DNA of 63,233 nucleotides, counting the filler. It is 10 parts of 10 records of this genome, joined end to end, with 100 filler letters (N's around TTAATTAATTAA, not from the genome) between each part and the next. Parts side by side here need not be neighbours in the genome. Positions count along the whole stretch, not along the records: positions 59,870 to 63,233 come from SRR11831585_766; 9 more parts are not named here. The stretch is one strand, 5' to 3'. A model generated the notes under the pieces. The model was not told the DNA's origin. It saw only the letters and a list, made by a program, of their open reading frames with translations, and did no database searches. Positions 60,014 through 63,233 of this stretch are shown one piece after another; position 1 is the first letter of the stretch, and each line of letters opens with the position of its first letter. The translations under genes were made by a program, and so were the position numbers.

Positions 60014-61021
60014 TTACTTAATCACCCCATTGCGCCGCAGTTGTTCGGTATCTTTTTTCCAGCGTTCATTAGCTTGGTTGATATCGTCAATTTTCATCAA
60101 AATCGCGACTTTTTTACTGTTTATTTCTGAAACTTTCATCGTTAACGGATATTGCCCTTTTTCGAGCGTTACCCAGTCATCCTGCAATTTACGGCTAAGT
60201 TTTTGTGATTGCAGAAAAGTCTGTCGCCGTTGTTCGTTGATATCGAAATCTCGTTTCTGCTGAATCGGCACTTCATAACACTCTTCACTCTGTTTATGAC
60301 ATGCCGCAATCGCCGGTTGATAAACCTCTTTGTCATATTTAACCGCGAACGCCTCGCTATCGTTCTGTTTATTAAACTCATCACGCTGTTGGTGAATTTT
60401 TTTAAAGGCGTCTTCGCGGGTCATTTGCTTACCGTTTGCATCTTTTCCCCAATATGCATCCGCTGCTTTCTGCGCCGCCACCATTTGCTTATCAAGCGCT
60501 TTCACTTCCTTTTCCAGCGCAGGAATCGAGTTCTTCTGGGTATTCAACGCAGATTCAAGCTGACTAAAGCGATAATTGAAATCTTCGCTATTCACGATCA
60601 GATATTTATTATTCGTTTTGATATCGTCGACCACCCGCCCACGATCGCTGGCTGCCGCCTGAAAAGAGTAAAAGTTCACCGACCAGCCAGACGCGGGCGT
60701 TCCTTTACTGGTTAACATCGCCGAGAATTTTACCGGTTTATCTTTCGTCCAGGTCTGTTCGAGCAGTTCGTAATCTGCCAACTGACCGACCCAGGTATAG
60801 AGATCGTCACTGGAAGAGACATCGCCTTCCGCTGACCAGGTGGCCTGATTACCCTTAGCATCAAGATTTTTTAAGGTGATAGCATCAAGCTTGAGAATGC
60901 CGTGATACTGCTTTTTGAATTGATCTTTTAAGATATTTTCAGTTGGCGGTTCGCCATCTGCCCAGGCATTACCAGTCATCAACATAAGCAGTGCCGTGCC
61001 AACAATCCATTGCTTTTTCAC
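60014..61021 (-). CDS. yggM: Secreted alpha-helical protein YggM
   Basis: 335 aa with signal peptide, downstream of ansB. Confidence 0.88.
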   Translation of the reverse strand: MKKQWIVGTALLMLMTGNAWADGEPPTENILKDQFKKQYHGILKLDAITLKNLDAKGNQATWSAEGDVSSSDDLYTWVGQLADYELLEQTWTKDKPVKFSAMLTSKGTPASGWSVNFYSFQAAASDRGRVVDDIKTNNKYLIVNSEDFNYRFSQLESALNTQKNSIPALEKEVKALDKQMVAAQKAADAYWGKDANGKQMTREDAFKKIHQQRDEFNKQNDSEAFAVKYDKEVYQPAIAACHKQSEECYEVPIQQKRDFDINEQRRQTFLQSQKLSRKLQDDWVTLEKGQYPLTMKVSEINSKKVAILMKIDDINQANERWKKDTEQLRRNGVIK

Positions 61022-61105
61022 CCGAAAAACCTCACGCGGAATAATTTATTCCGGTGATTATCATTAGGGTAATTAAAATTGGCAATGGACGTGAGTCTGA
61101 AGTGA

Positions 61106-61130
61106 AAAAGCCCCGGCACGATACCGGGGC
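61106..61130 (-). terminator. Terminator after ansB
   Basis: Minus strand GCCCCGGT-atcgt-GCCGGGGCTTTTT. Confidence 0.8.
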
Positions 61131-61137
61131 GAGGCGA

Positions 61138-62184
61138 TTAGTACTGATTGAAGATCTGCTGGATCTGCTGCGGATCTTTGGTTTGCGTCAGAGCCAGTTG
61201 CAGCAGAACGCGCGCTTTTTGCGGGTTCAGCGTGCCAGAGGCGACGAAGCCGTATTTCGCATCATCCACTTCGGCATCCTGAGTGGTAGCGCCCGTCGGT
61301 ACGCGGGAAGAACGCACGACTGCAGTACCGGTTTTCGCGGCGGTCGCCAGCGTGTCGAACACAGATTTATACAGGTTGCCGTTACCCACACCAGCGCTAA
61401 CGATGCCATCATAGCCCGCATCTACCAGTGCTTTAGCCGGAAGATCGGATGCGTTAGCGTAGTTATAAACAATGCCGACTTTCGGCAGTTCATTCAGCTT
61501 AGAGACATCGAATGGCGTGTCGCTGGTATGCTTACGTGCCGGGGTACGCTGGTAGTCAATCTTACCGTTGTGAATGTAACCCAGAGGACCGTAGTTAACA
61601 GACTTGAAGGTCGCTACGTCGGTGGTGTTGGTTTTGGTGACGTCACGGCCATCAAGCACGGTGTCATTCATCACTACCAGCACGCCACGGTTGGCGGAGG
61701 CTTTATCAGCTGCGGTCACTACCGCGTTATACAGGTTGAATGGACCGTCTGCGCTCATAGACGTGGACGGACGCATTGCGCCGACCATCACCACCGGTTT
61801 GTCGCATTTCACCGTCAGGTCGAGGAAGTAAGCAGTTTCTTCCATCGTGTCGGTACCGTGGGTAATGACGAAGCCGTCGGTCTTATCGCAGTCGGTGTTA
61901 ATTTTTTTCGCCAGTGTCAGCCAGACATTATCGTTCATGTCCTGGGAGCCGATATTCACTACCTGCTCGCCTTTAACGTTCGCAATGTCTTTTAGTTGCG
62001 GCACCGCATTAACCAGATTTTCTACGCCAACTTTACCCACTGTGTAGTTAGATTTGGTTGCGGAGTCACCACCACCGGCAATGGTCCCGCCGGTTGCTAA
62101 AATGGTGATATTGGGTAATGCCAATGCTGCACCACTAAAACCCATAACCAGTGCGGCAAGTGCCGTCTTTTTGAAAAACTCCAT
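61138..62184 (-). CDS. ansB: L-asparaginase II
   Basis: Signal peptide, ATGGTIAG, HGTDTM. Confidence 0.99.
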   Translation of the reverse strand: MEFFKKTALAALVMGFSGAALALPNITILATGGTIAGGGDSATKSNYTVGKVGVENLVNAVPQLKDIANVKGEQVVNIGSQDMNDNVWLTLAKKINTDCDKTDGFVITHGTDTMEETAYFLDLTVKCDKPVVMVGAMRPSTSMSADGPFNLYNAVVTAADKASANRGVLVVMNDTVLDGRDVTKTNTTDVATFKSVNYGPLGYIHNGKIDYQRTPARKHTSDTPFDVSKLNELPKVGIVYNYANASDLPAKALVDAGYDGIVSAGVGNGNLYKSVFDTLATAAKTGTAVVRSSRVPTGATTQDAEVDDAKYGFVASGTLNPQKARVLLQLALTQTKDPQQIQQIFNQY

Positions 62185-62240
62185 TTCATTCCTCCAGTTA
62201 CGTGAACGCTACGCATTATCCCTTAGCTCTGTATGGGAAA

Positions 62241-62257
62241 TTTGACGTTAAACAATT
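62241..62257 (-). promoter_or_regulatory. FNR-like site at the ansB promoter
   Basis: Minus strand TTGTTTAACGTCAA. Confidence 0.55.
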
Positions 62258-62359
62258 TACAACGTGAATATATTTTGGAGATCTACAAAGTTAGAGGCAG
62301 GTAACAAAACGAAGAATTAAACGGCATAAAAAAGTATTATGCCGTCTTAAAATAGAGGA

Positions 62360-63079
62360 TTATTTTAAATTCCCGACCAGGGCTTTGCGGCTATCTTCCA
62401 GAGTCACAACGCGGCTACAAACATCTTTGCCAAACTGCTGGAAATCTTTTTCCTGCTTTTTCCACTCGGTTTGGATTGAGGATTGCAGCCCCCCCAGGCT
62501 TCCCAGCACATTCTGTAATGGGTTACCGCCGCTTTTCAGCACCGCTTTCGCGCCCATTTCATTAATGCTGTCCTGTAAAATTCCACCCATTGCCTGATTC
62601 ACTAATTGCTGGCCTTCGGCGCGAACCTGATCAATGGCTTTATAGTGAAACGTCAGGCCATCGCTGCGCGTTTCAATAATGCGGTTCATCTGCTCTTTCA
62701 GCTGCGCATCAAGTTTGGTCAGACGGCTGCGCATTTTGCTGCTTTCGCCCATCTCCTGAACGATAATTTTATCCAGAGCAATACGGGCTTTCTCGACGCG
62801 GCTTTTCGCGCCTTCATCAATCCACGGCAGCGTGCTGCGTAGTTCAGCCTGATAATCCTTCGCCTGCTCGCGCTGGGCGGCATTCAGGGAATATTGCTTA
62901 CCGTTATACATCACGTTGCCGTCTGGCGTGATCACCAGATTGCCGTTTTCGCCCTTCACCTGCACGGTTTGCGGGCTGACAATCACATCGTCACGCGGCG
63001 TGACGCTGCACTGGTAGTCGGCGTGAGCGGTCATTGCCGTCACTGAAAGTGCTGCCGCCAGCAGCATTTTGCGCATCAT
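62360..63079 (-). CDS. yggN: Exported protein YggN
   Basis: 239 aa with signal peptide, upstream of ansB. Confidence 0.9.
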   Translation of the reverse strand: MMRKMLLAAALSVTAMTAHADYQCSVTPRDDVIVSPQTVQVKGENGNLVITPDGNVMYNGKQYSLNAAQREQAKDYQAELRSTLPWIDEGAKSRVEKARIALDKIIVQEMGESSKMRSRLTKLDAQLKEQMNRIIETRSDGLTFHYKAIDQVRAEGQQLVNQAMGGILQDSINEMGAKAVLKSGGNPLQNVLGSLGGLQSSIQTEWKKQEKDFQQFGKDVCSRVVTLEDSRKALVGNLK

Positions 63080-63150
63080 AGTCTTCCCTCAAGAAAAAAT
63101 CAGGCCAGCATTTGCTGGCCCCAGATTGATAACAAAGTACGCGTTTTCCA

Positions 63151-63233
63151 TGCCGGATGCGGCGTAAACACCTTATCCCGCCTACTCGATCGTGCATCTT
63201 TCCAGGCCTGATAAGCGTAGCGCATCAGGCAGT
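63151..63233. repeat. REP pair
   Basis: TGCCGGATGCGGCGTAAACACCTTATCC and GGCCTGATAAGCGTAGCGCATCAGGCA. Confidence 0.9.

Overview
This window is not one genomic locus. It is ten contigs joined by nine identical artificial 100-nt spacers (44 N + TTAATTAATTAA + 44 N; stop codons in all six frames). Five contigs (1-5738, 8777-32989, 33090-38948, 39049-48794, 59870-63233) are ordinary Escherichia coli core chromosome that looks K-12-like: speFL-speF-potE, ssrA-smpB through clpB, ybiY-fsaA-moeBA-iaaA-gsiA, umuDC-dsbB-nhaB-fadR-ycgB-dadAX and yggM-ansB-yggN. The other five (5839-8676, 48895-50960, 51061-53169, 53270-55428, 55529-59769) come from an unidentified intron-rich eukaryote with (CA/TG)n-rich introns, and the ORF track misreads them. 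Manual GT-AG splicing gives frame-consistent models for a 64-aa RIIa-domain protein, a complete 5-exon ENY2/Sus1, a kinesin start, a TrmI/TRM61 tRNA m1A58 methyltransferase with prokaryote-type motifs, one repeat of a four-domain Cav/Nav-type channel, a one-repeat-per-exon LRR array, a tesmin/LIN54 CXC protein and a CUB-like single-pass receptor. The simplest reading is a bacterivorous protist assembly co-sequenced with its E. coli food or a contaminant. I found no CRISPR array, prophage or new bacterial system. The most promising leads are eukaryotic: the intron-containing bacterial-type TrmI, a 5' splice-site consensus with no +4 A, the modular LRR exon array, and a triple CHR motif upstream of the LIN54-like gene. 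All gene models and family calls come from reading motifs by eye, with no database search.
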